Assembly (NCBI RefSeq): GCF_018350175.1
Contig: NC_058368.1
Location: forward strand, 139,812,001 to 139,876,000
Reading direction: 5' to 3'
Source: Felis catus
Taxonomy: Eukaryota
DNA: 64,000 nt
The first letter of the stretch is position 1. Every line of letters starts with the position of its first letter. Under the pieces are notes generated by a model that was not told where the DNA came from, made no database searches, and saw only the letters and a list, made by a program, of their open reading frames with translations. Shown one piece after another: positions 1 to 13,403 of this stretch. The translations under genes and the position numbers were made by a program.

Positions 1-212
1 TTCTACACATTAAATTGTTTGGTATACATTGCTAAAACTATCTCCCAGAAATTTTTCACCAGTTTATCTTCACATAGGTTATGTGAATTGCTTTTATTGT
101 TTCACCTTTTGCTAGCAAATTAGCAGCAAAGGTAGAATGAGGGGCATGGATGGTGTTTTCCCACTTGTTGGATCAACTATGTCTTTTCATTTGAAACTGT
201 AAAAAATTATAA

Positions 213-482
<270 letters not shown>

Positions 483-1499
483 TAGGGATGGGCACAAGAC
501 TCAAAAGTGGAAGGGTGGGAGGAATGGCTTTCATGGGAGGAAAACAAAGATGTTAGTGCCACAGAGTGTAAAATGTGATGTTACAAGATTCCTTCTTTTT
601 TCTCTAAAGTATCCCAGCAAGTCATTTGTTAGTCCATTCATTTATTTACCCATTGACTCAAAAAATATTTGTTGAATATGTACTCTATTCTGGAGAGAGT
701 ATGTATTCTTATTCTAGAAGTCTAAGGGCAAGAAGGGCATTCAAAAAGGTGGGAGCTGAGAGGGCCAAGGCATAGAGATACAGAAAGGCTGTGCTCACCA
801 GGAGACCTTGGCTTTGACTTGAAGATAGTGGAGACCTTGAAGGGTGTTAAGCAGCAGAGAGGAATGAGCTCTGTGTTGGTTACAGGTCTGTGACTGTCCC
901 AGTGGTTTGAAGTGGGGCCTTGGTGCCTGCAGAGGCTGGAGGTGGGGACCCCAGTCAGGTGACAGTGGAAATTGCTGAAGCAAGAACTATGGAAAACCTG
1001 TCACCAGGGCACTTACAAGGAGCAAATAGGATGAAGCAATAGGAGGAGGCAGAGGCCACAGGATTTGTGACCAGAATTAGGGAGAGAGAAGACTTTCTGA
1101 TACCTGACTCACTGGTTTGGACTACTGGGAGGGTGGGGTGCCCCCCCTACGCTGTGAGCACAGGGCAGAGTATGTGGGTGAAATCAGTAACAAGGGTTTT
1201 GAATGGGTTTGTGATGAGGCACCTGGGAGGGGGGCAGACATTCAGGTGGGGAGCAGTGGGGAGACAGAAACTATCTGGGGTTCAGTGGAGGGTAGGGAGA
1301 TAGAAACTGGGCATAAAGCTTACGTGGAGAAGTTGTGCCAGGGAGGCAGATCTGCTCTAGGTGGTCACTTTAAACCTTTGAGTCAATGATTTTTGGACTG
1401 GCTCTTTGGAAACTCAGGTGAGTGGAGTCCTCTTGGACTTCATAGTTTAACGTTCTGATAAATTCTAAACTTAATACCTCTCTGAGCAGTACTCTAAGA

Positions 1500-1975
1500 G
1501 GTAATATAATCATTGAAGACATCGATGACTGTGAGGTATATCATTATTTTATGTAACACTAAGAAAAAAATAATGCTGCCAATTAAACAGTGACACAGAC
1601 AAGCAGCTTTTTTGTCCTTTAGAATAACTTATACTTATGGAAAGAGTTTCTTAGATGTTTACCTTAGATTTTTTATTATACACATATAAAGGAACAAATA
1701 AATAAGTTGGTTCGTAAACTTCACACTGAGCTTGATTCTTACTCAGTCTTGATGTCCTTGCTTTTTGAAACAAAATACAGTCCTCTGTGCCTTCAAAGGT
1801 GCTTGCAATGCAACATTTCTTTAAGGTTACCCTATATGGTTTCTGAGATTTAAGCCAACACCCATTCTGATTTCATACACATGACAGGCAGTGACAGCAT
1901 CACATATACTACCTGGTTGACTAAGATTGTGAGATGCATCCTGATCTCAGATAAAACAAGATGGGACTTAGTATT
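1500..1975 (-). mobile_element. Kanga/MER104-like Tc2 DNA transposon remnant
   Basis: aatgctgccaattaaac..gacaca and ttgtgagatgcatcctgatctcaga motifs. Minus strand reads a decayed pogo-like KKCCIASTFEGTED. Confidence 0.5.
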
Positions 1976-2129
1976 GGTGGCTTTTGACCATAAAACTAGC
2001 AACCTAATGGAAAGGGAAGGCTATGAAAGAGAGTATATGTGATGCCTGGGCCAAGTCTGTATTCCCTTTGGACCAGAGAGGCCCACCAGGCTAGTCCCAT
2101 GCATCCCCGGATCTGGGCACCCAGAGATT

Positions 2130-2350
2130 GAAAGCAGGGCTCTGACTGTGTGGGTCAGGTCCTGGCTCCGTCGCTCTTCTAGGTAAGTGATCTTGGGCTC
2201 AGCACATAGCCCCTCTTAGCCTCAGTTTACTCATCTGTCAAATAACCTCATAAGGCCATAGTGAAGTTTAAATGTGAAGGCTGTGGCACACACTTAGCAC
2301 CTGGAATAGTGCCTGGCACACGGTAGGCATGTAATAAGTGGCATCTGTTA
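2130..2350 (+). mobile_element. MIR
   Basis: cctcagtttactcatctgtcaaat..cttagcac..gtgcctggcaca core. Confidence 0.65.
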
Positions 2351-2397
2351 TCATTGGTGTTATCTTGGTGCAATAAATGGGATCATAGTTATCATTT

Positions 2398-2433
2398 GTT
2401 GTTGTTGTTTTTTAAGTTTGTTTATTTTGAGAG

Positions 2434-2474
<41 letters not shown>

Positions 2475-2491
2475 ACAGTCAGGGGAGGGGC

Positions 2492-2554
<63 letters not shown>

Positions 2555-2672
2555 CCCAAGCAGGCTGTATGCTGCCAGCACAGAGCACAATGTGGGGCTC
2601 GAACTCACGAACCGTGAGATCATGACCTGAGCTGAAGTCGGACACTTAACTGATGAACCATACAGGCAGCCT
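2398..2672 (-). mobile_element. Can-SINE with expanded (GA)n
   Basis: SINE body, TSD AT(A/G)GTTATCATTT. Confidence 0.9.
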
Positions 2673-2754
2673 CATGGTTATCATTTGTATCAGTGGTATA
2701 TTATTATCCTCATTTTTTCTTTTCAAGTTCTTGGGAGAATTTAAGCCAAGCTTT

Positions 2755-2967
2755 CTTTTTTTGTATTTTCGTAAGTTGATTTATTTATTGAGAGAGAGAG
2801 AGAAAGAGAGAGAGCACGAGTGCACACAGGGGAGGGGCGAGAGAGGAGGGAGAGAGAGAATCCCAAGCAAGCTCTGCACTGAAAGCTCCATCCCATGAAC
2901 CATGACATCATGACCTGAACCAAAATTGAGAGTCAGACACTTAACTGACTGAGCCACCCAGGCGCCC
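2755..2967 (-). mobile_element. Can-SINE
   Basis: TSD AAGCCAAGCTTTC. Confidence 0.9.
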
Positions 2968-3119
2968 AAGCCAAGCTTTCACTTGAGGATCATGGACAAA
3001 AATAGAGCCTTCATTTGTTTACTTTAGTGTGCATTCAGTCTTTTCTGACTGTCTGGCATAATAATGATCAGGTTTAATTGGTTTAACTTATTTAAAGATC
3101 TCAGGAATTTGGTCTTCTT

Positions 3120-3348
3120 TTTTTTTTTTTTTTTAATTTTTTTTTCAACGTTTATTTATTTTTGGGACAGAGAGAGACAGAGCATGAACGGGGGAGGGGC
3201 AGAGAGAGAGGGAGACACAGAATCAGAAACAGGCTCCAGGCTCTGAGCCATCAGCCCAGAGCCTGACGCGGGGCTCGAACTCACGGACCGCGAGATCGTG
3301 ACCTGGCTGAAGTCGGACGCTTAACTGACTACGCCACCCAGGCGCCCC
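3120..3348 (-). mobile_element. Young felid-type Can-SINE
   Basis: CpG-rich body, perfect TSD CAGGAATTTGGTCTTCTT. Confidence 0.93.
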
Positions 3349-4093
3349 CAGGAATTTGGTCTTCTTAAATACAAGTTACGAATGATGTGTGAGAAACGTG
3401 AGGAAAAAAAAATGTGAATCACCTAGAATAAATCTTAGGTGTGATTAGCCTTCACAAATCAATATAGAGATCAAGTCCTATAGTCACAGGATTTAATTTA
3501 AAGTCTTGGTCATGCCTGCCCAGCTGTGTTTTAATACTTTACCACTGGAATGTGTGCACTTGGATTTTATCCACCATTTAGCTATTTTTGAGTTAGGGCA
3601 CATTAGAGAGGGCTCATAAAGTCCAACACACTGTAATTGCAGATTATGATAGGTTTCATCTGCAGAGAATGAAGTGTCTAGTGATAATATCAGCCCTTTG
3701 AATAAGGCCCATAATCTTTATACAGTCATGGGCTGCCTACGTTTCCTAATGTAAGCTGTTGCCAGACCAGTTGGAGTGATCCATGTGAATATACTCTAGT
3801 GGGGCTGTCTCTAAATAGTCTTGGAAGCAAACTCTCCTATCAGTAAGGAAATACGGGCATGCATCTGTCATATGCACATTTATAATTAAACTAATACATT
3901 ACAAAATATATGCCAGAAATATACATTTTAAAAATTTAAGATAAAAATAAATAGTAGTTTTGTATTTTCTCCACACTGAAATGATTATTTTAGAGATACC
4001 AGATATATTTTCCTTCCATTTTTTTTGTGTTCCTGTGCATATATATTCTTATTGGTTGTCCAGAGTTCATATGACTATTCTTTAGCTCTTGGA

Positions 4094-4343
4094 TTTTTTT
4101 TTTTTATTTTATTTTATTTTATTTTATTTTATTTTATTTTATTTTATTTTATTTTATTTTATTTTATTTTATTTTATTTTATTTTATTTTATTTATTTTT
4201 TAAAACATAGGAAATTTATTGTCAAATTGGTTTCCCTACAACACCCAGTGCTCATCACAGCAGGTGCCTTCCTCAATACCCATCACCCACCCTCCCCTCC
4301 CTCCCGCCCCCCATCAGCCCTAAGTTTGTTCTCAGTTTTTAAG
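4094..4343 (-). mobile_element. Short 3' L1 fragment with (AAAAT)n tail
   Basis: Reverse-complement match to the L1 3' end at ~53545-53690, TSD TCTTGGA at 4087-4093 and 4344-4350. Confidence 0.88.
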
Positions 4344-4529
4344 TCTTGGACATTTTATTTATATCCTTTTTTCTTTTCTTAAAAATTAGGCTGTCATGAG
4401 CCTCTTTGTATAAAAACCATAGTCTGAATTCCTCACTATTTCCTTTAGGTATATTCTTAAAGGGAGGATTGTTGGGTCACAGATACAAATGTTTATTAGG
4501 CTCCTGATATGTTAAAGATGTAAATTCTT

Positions 4530-4765
4530 GGGGCGCCTAGGTAGCTCATTCGGTTGAGCATTGGATTCTTGATTTCAGCTCAGGTCATGATCCAAGGTTC
4601 ATGGGATAGAGTCCTGCATCTGGCTCAGTGCTGGCAGCACAGAGCCTGCTTGGGATTCTCTTTCTCTATCTGTTTCTGTCTGTCTCTCTCTCTTCCCCTC
4701 TGCCCCTCTTGGAGTGTGTGCACACATGATCTCTCTCTCAAATAAAAATTAAAAAAAAATTTTTA
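4530..4765 (+). mobile_element. Can-SINE
   Basis: ggggcgcctaggtagctca head, (CT)n, A tail. Confidence 0.88.
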
Positions 4766-5913
4766 AATGATGTGTGAATTCTTTCCTTCACATTTTTCAC
4801 TAATGCTTTTCCCACTGTGGTTTGCCATTTGGCATCTCTTTTCCAGGAAAATGAGAAGGCATATTATGAGGAGAAATTCCTCTGTAACAGATGGCTGTCC
4901 CAGACACTCATGTAAAGCAAGCTGGATATAGTTTTTCCATCTCATTGGGATGGGAACATTGGTTCCATGCCCCTGCATCCCTCTTGACATGATTGTTCAT
5001 ATCTAATTAGCTATAAGTAAAACCATTTGAACTTATCCTAATGCATTTTTAAGCAGAATAATGCCCATGGGGGGGAAATGTTTAGGGAATGAGAAGGGAT
5101 TCTGCATTTTTCCCCAAAATTTTCAGGAAAGAATCTGCATGAGAAAGGGATAATATCCAAGTGGCTTTTGTGTGATACCAGTTCTTTCCTTTTTTTCTGT
5201 GTTTTGGCCTAAACTAAGCTCTCACTTTACCCTACTAGCATTTATCATAATGAGTTTCAGGAAACTTAATTACTGAGAAAGAGTATTACTGTGTTGTTGT
5301 TGTTGTTTTTTAATGACACACAATCGTTTAAATCAGTTTTAAACGTTAAGGCTATACTTGGTACAAATGTGCTTCTGTTTGTGTGTGTTTCACACTGAAT
5401 TATAATTCATATTTCCATGATTATCTTGCTTAATAGGCTGTTACCTTCTTGTGGGCAGGATTTGTGTGTTTGTCATTTCAATCCCAAAGCCTTTGCCCAA
5501 CAGGCAGTAAGTGTCCAATAAATGTTTTGGAGATAAAATAGTAAAGATTAAGAGTATAATGGTGGATGAAGACCCTGGAAGGAGGCAGAATAACAGGATC
5601 CGTATGGGTGCAGGCTTTGGAGCCAAACATCCGGATTTGCAGCCTAGCTTTGTCACTTTTCAGCTGAGGCTTAATTTCTTTATCTGTAAGTGGGGATATT
5701 AATCCTGACCTCGTAGGGTTGTGCATTTAACTCTGCCAAGGCATATAGTCTTGGCAATATAAGTTGTCATATAGATGCTCAGTAAATGCTATCCATTAAG
5801 AGTAATGCACAAAAGGTATAGAGAAAGCATGCTGTTCCTCAAGTAATTTTATTTCATGTCAAGGGGCAATTAATTTTAACTTTTTTCCTTTTATTTATTT
5901 ATTTATTTTTAAG

Positions 5914-6012
5914 AATGGAGAAACACCATTCTTTCTGGCTGTTAAAGGAGGTCATGAAGAATGCAGCAAAGTGCTCCTGACAGCAGGAAGTGATATCAAC
6001 ATTCCAAATAAG
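5914..6012 (+). CDS. ANKDD1B: ANKDD1B exon, ankyrin repeat (NGETPFFLAVKGGHEECSKVLLTAGSDINIPNK)
   Basis: T-rich tract + aag| acceptor, |gtatgt donor, 99 bp, ankyrin consensus. Confidence 0.9.
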
Positions 6013-6808
6013 GTATGTGCTCCATGCCATGTTCGCTCACACAGTGGAGGGGGACTCAAAATGTTCTTTGAGTAATCTGGTCCTGCATTGATCCACTCAC
6101 TAGGCCTTTGTAGAATTAATAGTTATAATTTTGGAAAACAGGGGCAAGCGGAACAGATAGTTGTTGTTCTCAAGTACAGAGACATTCTCACTGTACCTTG
6201 ATTTCTCCCTAACAACTATACATGCCTGGCTTATACACAGTAAGTACAAAAAAAAACTATTGTGTGGAAGCCCACGTGGTCCGTCTGGAACCTGAAGAGG
6301 ATAGGATGGAGCCTTCTTGTAAATACAGAATGCTTTTGTATTCATGGTGTTAAGCTCCTTTGTCACCTATCTTCTTTTTTTTGGTGAGGAGATTAGAATT
6401 TAGAAAAGTTAAGGAACTCAGTCAGGATTATCTGACCAGTCGGTGGCAGTGGGGAGGATTCTGACCACGGTGATGGCCTTGCCTTCCAGATGGTTTTACT
6501 TTCTTATTCTATTTTTCTAAATAATTTTAAATTGCAATGAAAATAACAAAAAATCAGAATAGTACCAAAGGGTATATGATGAAAAGTGTCATATTACAAC
6601 TATACATCTCAACTTCTCCTCCCTAGAATTAATGTAATTAATAGCTTATCTTGCAGGAATTTTCCGTGCATTTACATGGAAAATGTACACGTGTGTAAGT
6701 ACTGGCACCACATAGATGATAGCACACTGCATGTATCTGCTGCTCTGCACCTTGTTTATTTTTTAAGTGCCAAAAATGTTGGAGCTCTCTCCATAGCAGA
6801 GCAGTGTA

Positions 6809-7318
6809 TAGGCACACCTTAAAGATATTGCAGGTTTGGTTCCAGGCCACTGCGTATCATACTAGAGTGAGTGAAATGAATTTATTGGTTTCCCAGTTCA
6901 TGTAAGAGTTAGGTTCACATTACACTATAGTCTGTTAAGTGTGCAATAGCATTATGACCCCCCAAAAACAGTGTACACACCTTTATTACAAACTGCTTTA
7001 TTGCTGGGATGCCTGGGTGGCTCAGTCGGTTAGGCATCTGACTCTTAATTTTGATTCAGGTCATGATCTCACGGTTCATGAGATGGAGCCCCACATCGGG
7101 CTCTGCCCTGACTGCATGGAGCCTGGTTGGGATTCCCTTTCTCTCTCCCTCTCTCTCTCCCTCTCTCTCTACCCTTCCCCTGCCCTCTGTCTCTCAGAAA
7201 AAAAATTAAAAAAAAAATACTTTATTGCTAAAGAATGCTAATAACTATCCTCTACATTTTCAGTGAGTCATAATCTTTTTGCTGATGGAAGTTACCTCCG
7301 CCACTGAAGGTATGCCTA
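6809..7318. mobile_element. Internally deleted Tigger1-like (TcMar) DNA transposon interrupted by a Can-SINE
   Basis: Inverted termini TAGGCACACCTT / AAGGTATGCCTA, each flanked by TA. Interior resembles the recalled Tigger1 terminal sequence. Confidence 0.75.
7006..7215 (+). mobile_element. Can-SINE inside the Tigger1-like element
   Basis: TSD core CTTTATTGCT on both sides. Confidence 0.88.
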
Positions 7319-7669
7319 TAGAGACAATTCCTTTTCAAATGGTACAAAGTTAAACACTAGAATCAAGAATAAAGTCCCAAACCAGTAATGTTTTATATTC
7401 TTGTATTCTGCAGGTGGAAGTGTACTTTTGTACAATGCTTTTGGAAAAAAGCATTCTGTCACTTTCCCTTCACCCAGGCTTGAGAAATTCTGTTAAGGGA
7501 ATAACCTTGGAAAAAGCTACATGCATTAAGATAGATAATAAAGTTACTTCCAGTGGCTGAGAGTTAGATACAACCTATATATGCAATGAAGTCTATAGGA
7601 AAGCCACATAAAAGTTTGCTGCACCTTTTTCTTGGAATATCATGTTGCTATTAAAAAATATTAACGATT

Positions 7670-7815
7670 GGGGTACCTGGGTGGCTCAATCAGTTAAGCA
7701 TCCGACTTCGGCTCCAACAGTGATCGGGTTTGAGCCCCACGTCTGGCTCTGTGCTGACAGCTCGGAGCCTGGGGCCTGCTTTGGATTCTGTGTCTTATTC
7801 TCTATCTCTCCCCCA
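7670..7815 (+). mobile_element. Truncated Can-SINE
   Basis: ggggtacctgggtggctca head, no tail. Confidence 0.8.
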
Positions 7816-8649
7816 CTAAATATGTTGCAATATTGAAAAATGTTTATGATAGAACCCTAATAGAAAAACAATATGTGTTTATACATACATTTTCACTGTC
7901 TAAAATTTACATTTCCATGGACAAGATTGCGGGAGAGAATGGAAAATGAAGATACTATGAGTTGATTCCCACTGATGTTGCAGGCTTATCTATGCAGTAA
8001 ATGAACCTCACATTAATAATTCATGGGGCCCACGAAATCCTCAGAATGTAGAGAGCTGTGCTGTTGTTCAGGCATTCCCAAGTGCTTCCCTGCCTACCCC
8101 CCCTACTATCTACAGCCACCCTGGAGTCCCTGGGAAGGCCTCTCTCATTATCAGGGTCCTTTGAGCTCATTCGTTTTGGCTGCCTCCATCATTCTATACC
8201 CTCCCTCCCTTCTGTACTTAATTTTGTTTGGCCCCCAGAGAGGTTTTGCTTTGTAATGGTTTTCACATGCTCACATTCTCACTCCCACCCACCCCGACCT
8301 CGCCTAGGAGTACAGGCCCCACATTGTCCATATCCTTATAGTCTTGGCCTCATCAAGGCAGCCCAGAAATTGTTCTGAGTCCATTTTTGAGCTTTTACAT
8401 TTTCTTGAGTTTTCCCCTGAGTTCATTAGCACACTTCCTAGATGAACAGCCTAACCCAGCAAAGACCCTGGGGGAATAAACTGTGTGCACCAGGAAGCAT
8501 GCAGCACGGACACATTACTACGGGGCAAGTTAGACTATTTTGCTCTTCCATCTGTAGGTGATTACTGTGTTTGATCTTGGAAATGCTTCACCTGTTGACA
8601 TTGATTAGTCTTGCCCTCCAGGAGCAAGGTCTATCCATCCATCCATCTG

Positions 8650-8741
8650 TTCCTTCCTTCCTTCCTTCCTTCCTTCCTTCCTTCCTTCCTTCCTTCCTTC
8701 CTTCCTTCCTTCCTTCCTCTTTATTTATTTTTGAGGGGGGG

Positions 8742-8790
<49 letters not shown>

Positions 8791-8938
8791 CACAAACGGG
8801 GGAGGGGCAGAGAGAGGATCTGAAGCAGGCTCCACGCGGATAGCAGACAGCCTGATGTGGGGTTCAAACTCATGAACCGTGAGATCATGACCTGAATCGA
8901 AGTTGAATGCTTAACCAACTAAGCCACCCAGGTGCCCC
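8650..8938 (-). mobile_element. Can-SINE with (TTCC)n and (GA)n microsatellites
   Basis: Reverse SINE head at ~8938, (TTCC)n at ~8650-8717. Confidence 0.88.
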
Positions 8939-10035
8939 TGGGTCATTTCTGAGAAGGTGATTGGAGAGAATTGATTTAGCTATGAGCAGAGACTTCCTCC
9001 ATTTGTGCTGGATGTAATACTGCCCAGAGTTTGGTCAATAGATGCTCTTCAGGGTCATACTAAATGCCTCTGGTCCAGTGAAGACTTTTGTAGACCTTAA
9101 CAACTCATTTCTGGAGACCCCACCCTCATATCCTATCAAACATATTTAAATGCCCCAACATTCCACATTAATTTTTTTTGCTGTAAATTATTTTCAAAGA
9201 CTTTTTTATTGGCTGTGATAAACTCCCCTAATTTATGACTGACGCTGGTTTCTTAGAACTCTCTACATACTTGGGAATTAGAGGAGGTGAAAAAATTTAA
9301 CCTACAAATTGTTAACAAATGTAATGAATATTTTATGACTGTTACATTTAACAGTCAATGAGGTATGAATATGTCAATTAAATATTTATTCACTTCAAGT
9401 TCCTGGTTTTCTTTTGGTATCTTGGAATCAATAATTTTTTTGCTAAAGATTTTAAACATTTCTTTGGCTCCTAAAAAGTCTGTAAGCCCTGTACACAGTG
9501 CTTCTAGTGCCTCTGGGGTAAAGTGCTGGAGTGCCACAGCTCTTCCTACTATGTTCTGGCTTCAGGTTCTTCACAAACTTGTTTCTGATTTAGATCTTTT
9601 CACTCGGGCACTTCTTACCGTTCTGATCTCGGTCCACATTTCACCCCACCTGGGAGGATTTTCTTGATCACTCACCAGAAAGTAGCCATCCAGCCCTGCT
9701 GTTTTACTTCGTTTTGTTGCACTTATTATTAGCTGATGATATTCTAATAACATCTAGATTTAGTAAATGGATTTATTCTCCCATCTACGGATTCACTGAT
9801 CTACCAGTCTGCCAATCTATAGATCAGTTGATTGTCCACCTCTACTGGAATGTGATAATGGGCATCTTGTTTACCGTCATATCTCCCCATTATCCAACAT
9901 GGTGCTGGCAGATAATAAACGCTCAATTATTTTTTTGTGGAATGAATATGATGACGGTTATGATTACCGTACATATTTACTAGCTCATTTATCCTCTCAA
10001 TATTACTATGGTTTGAGACAAAGAGGTAGGATGGT

Positions 10036-10541
10036 GTGATAGATACACAAAATAATGCTCCCCCGCCCCCCGCCCAACGTTATCCATATCCTAATCCTTG
10101 GAACCTATGAATATGTTATATTACAAGGCAAAGTGGGATTCAGGTTGCACATGGAATTAAGGTTGCTAATCAGCTGACCTTAAAATGAGATTATCCTCAT
10201 TTATCCAGGTTGGGCCCAATGTAATCACACAGGTCTTTTAAAGTAGAAGAGGAAGGCAAGTGAGGAGGCCAAAATGATACAGGGTGAAGACTTGGTGGAC
10301 CATTGCTGGTGCGCCTGAAGATGAAGAGAGAGGCCATGAGCCACAGGATGTGGGCGGCAATGTCCACAAACTGGCAAAGTCAAAGACGTGGATCTTCCCA
10401 AGGGCCTCCAGAAAGGCCTGTAATTTAGCCCAGTGAGACCCATTTCAGACTTCAGACCTCCAGAATTGTAACATAGTACATTCGTATTTTTTAAGCCACT
10501 GAGTTTGTGGCAATTGGTTATTAGCAGTGATAAAAACTAAT
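10036..10541 (+). mobile_element. MLT1-type MaLR solo LTR
   Basis: atcctaatccttggaacctatgaatatgtt, gattatcct..gggcccaatgtaatcaca and aagccactgagtttgtgg..aaactaata hallmarks. Confidence 0.8.
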
Positions 10542-10664
10542 AGTTATGTTCTTTTTTACAGATGAAGACAAACAGGCCCGTACTTGAGAGGCCACTTATT
10601 CAAGGTCATATAGTAGGAGCTCAAGCTAGAGTCCATTTGGTCAGCATGTGTATTGTTCTTTTTA

Positions 10665-11160
10665 GTATCATCTTATCTATTGGCTTCATAACAAACCAAC
10701 CCAGAGTGCAATGGCTTAAACCAACAACACCTTATTATCTTCCATGGCTCTTGGACTGAGAAATTCTTACTTTGGGCCTGTTATGTGGTTGTAGTCAGAT
10801 GTCAGCCAGGACTTAGGTTATTTGAAAGCTTAAGTGAGCTGGCCGTTCGTGTGACTCACTCACATGACTGGCAGTTGGTGCCATCTGTCAGCTGGGAGCT
10901 CAGCTGGGGCTCTTGAATGGCATGGACGTGTGGTCTCTCTTCACAGCATGGCAGCTGGTTTTTAATAGGCAGGGAGGTGAAGCTGCCAGGCTGGGTAGCG
11001 GCTGCACCTGGGTCTGGCACACTGTCATTTCTGCCATACTCTGCTGATTGGTCCAAGCAGTTATAGGGTCCACTCAGATTCAAGGGGAGACCTCTTGATG
11101 GGGCAGTGGGCAGTCTCAGGCCAGCATGTGAGATGGTACTTACTTATGCAGCCACTTTTT
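10665..11160 (-). mobile_element. Older MLT1-type LTR
   Basis: cataacaaaccaccc..ggcttaaaccaaca and ggcagttggtgc..gctgggagctcagctgggg motifs. Confidence 0.65.
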
Positions 11161-11800
11161 GGAAAACATAACATCCTGTAGAACCTTATTTGGTTGGTGG
11201 GCCTAGAAATACTTTGTAGCAATCTTAAAATTAATCCATCAACAACTGTCCATCGTCCTTATACTATTGCAAAGCACCATGCTAAGACTTTTTGGAGGAT
11301 AGCAGGATAAATCAAGAACAATTTTCTCATCCAGTGTTCACAGTAAGTGAAGTCACTTGAGCACAGGGAAGGTAGGAGGCAGCTGGTACCAGGGAAGGAG
11401 AGGCATTGATGAAGGAGTTGAGTAAGGGGCCACGAGGGAACACTGCACATGGGTAGCAATCATGCTGAGCTTTGAAGCCAGACCTGGCAGAAAGGAGAGC
11501 TTCAGGTAAGCAGTCAGGGAGGCAGCAGGTGTTGAGGCATTTCCTGGGACCAACACCAAGTCAGCCTTTTTAGCTCAAGGAGGGTGTTTGCAGAGTGTAT
11601 GGAGAGAAGACTCAGCCCTAGTCCACTTTGTACTTAGAGAGGGGAAACAGGGATTTAACTCATATTTGCTTGAGGCATGTGTCACCTCAGACTCTCTTTT
11701 TATAGGAAACACTTAGAAATAACAAAGAGGCCCTCAAAATAATCAAAAACACATTGGATTTTCTTTTTTAAATAGTTGTATATTTCTTTGTATTAATTAA

Positions 11801-11992
<192 letters not shown>

Positions 11993-13137
11993 TAACATGG
12001 GCTTTGATCCTGGTGCTGTGAGGCTGGCTGTGTGCAGAGATGCTCCTTGCAGATACTTGGGGGGTGGGGAGGAGGGGAACGAGATGTTCACAAAGGAGGA
12101 ATTCTTTCTGGGGAAGTAGACTGACTCCTTTTGGAGGCTGAGTCTTAATCTTGAGAAATAAAATGCAAGGGATGAATTTTATAAAGTCTTTGAAGTTCCT
12201 GAACAAAATGAAATCTTTGTGCTTTAAATATTGATACTTGCTGCAATAAAACTTTCTCAGGTGTCCAGAGATGCCATTATTCTTGTATTAAATTTATCAG
12301 TCTGTGGAAAAAAGAACACTGCTATAAATGGGAAGGAGGATGATCTTTTTTCCCCCCTTCACTGAGTGATCTTGTTTTTCTTTTGAAAGTCCATCCTTTA
12401 TACTGATTGAGGTTTTCTGAAGTTTGAGTTGGCTTTGGTAGGATTGAGGAAGGCCCTCTGTGCCAGCAGTAGATGGGAAGCATTCCTCTGTTTTTCACTT
12501 CTCCTGTGAGAATATTATTTCCTCTGATCTTGGTTAGCCATTACTATTTATTATATTCACTAGAGAGAAGGGATGTGATTTGACCATGTCTGGTAGTTTT
12601 TGGAGAATGACGTTAGAGGAATTGGCTCTGAACGCCCCGGGTCTGTCCAGGGATGCTTCCCATTTCTCAGGAAGGGCTGGGTCCCAGCAAGGCCGGTAGC
12701 CCTGGCTGGAAGGACACTGCCTACTTCCCTGGCCTGAGGGATGCTTCCTCTTTTTTCATGCTTGGTGCCTCAGGAAAGAACATCCTTCCAGAGAAGAAGA
12801 GGCCTGCACGGAAAGCCTCCCTCCCACACTGCCCTGACCTGCCCGATCATCTCCATTTCCTTGCTCACCCCCATGGCAGTCTGACTTCTGCAGCCATGGT
12901 GTCCTACCTGCCCCCCCCTTTTCTCCTCTTCCTCTGTGGGCTGGTGATGCTCTTGTCAACTCTGTACATCTCTTTTTCATAGGTTTCTTTCATAGTAGGT
13001 TTCCTGGGAAGGAGCCTGGTGCCAGTATTGAAGTCAGGCAGATCAGGGATTCAAATCCTGTCAAATCCATTTCTTGCCTCCAAGGCCTTGGGGAAATTAT
13101 TTAACTGCTCTGTTCCTTATATATAAAGTGGGGAATA

Positions 13138-13294
13138 GGAGCGCCTGGGTGGCTCAATTAGTTTGACTTCGGCTCAGATCATGATCTCACGGTTTGTGGG
13201 TTCAAGCCCTGATTGGGCTGTGTGCTGACAGCGTGGAACCTGGAGCCTGCTTCAGATTCTGAGTCTCCCTCTCTCTGCCCATTCCTCGCTCATG

Positions 13295-13334
<40 letters not shown>

Positions 13335-13403
13335 TTCTCTCTCTCAAAATAAATAAATAAATAAATAAACAAACAAACAAACATTAAAAAATTTAAAAAA
13401 TAA
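13138..13403 (+). mobile_element. Can-SINE
   Basis: TSD ATA(A/C)AGTGGGGAATAG. Confidence 0.9.

Noticed and set aside
2354..2645. ORFs with ERERER / LSLSLS runs (also ~8600, ~13200, ~59000)
   Set aside because: Translations of (GA)n/(CT)n inside Can-SINEs, not genes.
4025..4382. Hydrophobic ILFYF-repeat ORFs
   Set aside because: Reading of the (TTTTA)n L1 tail.
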